Assembly (NCBI RefSeq): GCF_044704955.1
Contig: NC_091987.1
Coordinates: 119,722,001 to 119,786,000, forward strand
From: Pristiophorus japonicus
Taxonomy: Eukaryota
DNA length: 64,000 bases
Direction of reading: 5' to 3'
In this document: piece after piece, positions 63,223 through 64,000 of the stretch
Layout of the letters: every line of letters begins with the position of its first letter
Position numbering within the stretch: position 1 is the first letter of the stretch
The notes under the pieces: model-generated
Seen by the model: the letters and a program-made list of their open reading frames with translations, nothing else
The model's database searches: none
What the model was told of the DNA's origin: nothing
Program-made: the position numbers and the translations under genes

Positions 63223-64000
63223 AAACATAGAAAATAGGTGCAGGAGTAGGCCATTCGGCCCTTCGAGCCTGCACCACCGTTCAATATGATCATGGCTAAT
63301 CATGCAACTTCAGTACCCCATTCCTGCTTTCTCTTCATACCCCTTGATCCCTTTAGCCATAAGGGTCACATCCATCTCCCTTTTGAATATATTTAACGAA
63401 CTGGTCTCAACAACTTTCTGTGGTAGAGAATTCCACAGGTTCACAATTCTCTGAGTGAAGAAGTTTCTCCTCATCTCGGTCCTAAATGGCTTACCCTTTA
63501 TCCTTAGACCATGACCCCTGGTTCTGGACTTCCCCAACATCGGAACATTCTTCCTGCATCTAACCTGTCCAATCCCGTCAGAATTTTATATGTTTCTATG
63601 AGATCCCCGCTCATTCTTCTACATTCCAGTGAATATAAGCCTAGTCGATCCAGTCTTTCTTCATATGTTAGTCCTGCCATCCCAGGAATCAGTCTGGTGA
63701 ATCTTCATGCACTCCCTCAATAGCAAGAATGTCCTTCCTCAGATTAGGAGACCTAAACTGTACACAATATTCAAGATGTGGCCTCACCAAGGCCCTGTAC
63801 AACTGCAGGAAGACCTCCCTGCTCCTATACTCAAATCCTCTTGCTATGAAGGCTAACATGCCATTTGCCTTCTTCACTGCCTGCTGTACCTGCATGCCAG
63901 CTTTCAATGACTGATGTACCATGACACCCAGATTTTGTTGCACCTCCCCTTTTCCTAATCAGTCACCATTCAGATAATATTCTGCCTTCCTGTTTTTGCC
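63223..64000 (-). mobile_element. CR1 3' portion running off the window end
   Basis: Near-identical to 58983-59760; HLEYCVQF motif; tail gaaacatagaaaatagg. Confidence 0.95.

Overview
Eukaryotic (vertebrate) genomic DNA. The repeat content (CR1/HER1-like LINEs, L2 LINEs, SacSINE1-like DeuSINEs, GGG..AAATTGC-ended MITE-like elements) points to a cartilaginous fish, probably a shark; this is inferred and the species is not determined. The window holds one host gene, gamma-taxilin (txlng), on the + strand. Nine coding exons from 6548 to the stop at 45892 splice in frame, giving 491 aa from the exon ATG at 6563. The canonical first exon was not recognised, and a repeat-poor ~9 kb stretch after the stop looks like a long 3' UTR. 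The rest is a heavily nested transposon landscape plus a 2.4 kb CpG/G-rich tandem array (1131-3530) sitting directly 5' of a CR1 ORF1. No new multi-gene system is evident. The best leads are: the GC array as a CR1 5' promoter or alternative txlng first exon; a TSD-flanked retroposon with tandem TATA-box monomers; a chimeric CR1 with two ORF2 N-termini; a decayed hammerhead ribozyme in a Penelope-like palindrome; a multi-hairpin MITE family with a compensatory base change; and an EEVD-like C-terminus on TXLNG. All coordinates were counted by hand. Exon boundaries were checked for frame, while repeat boundaries are approximate.
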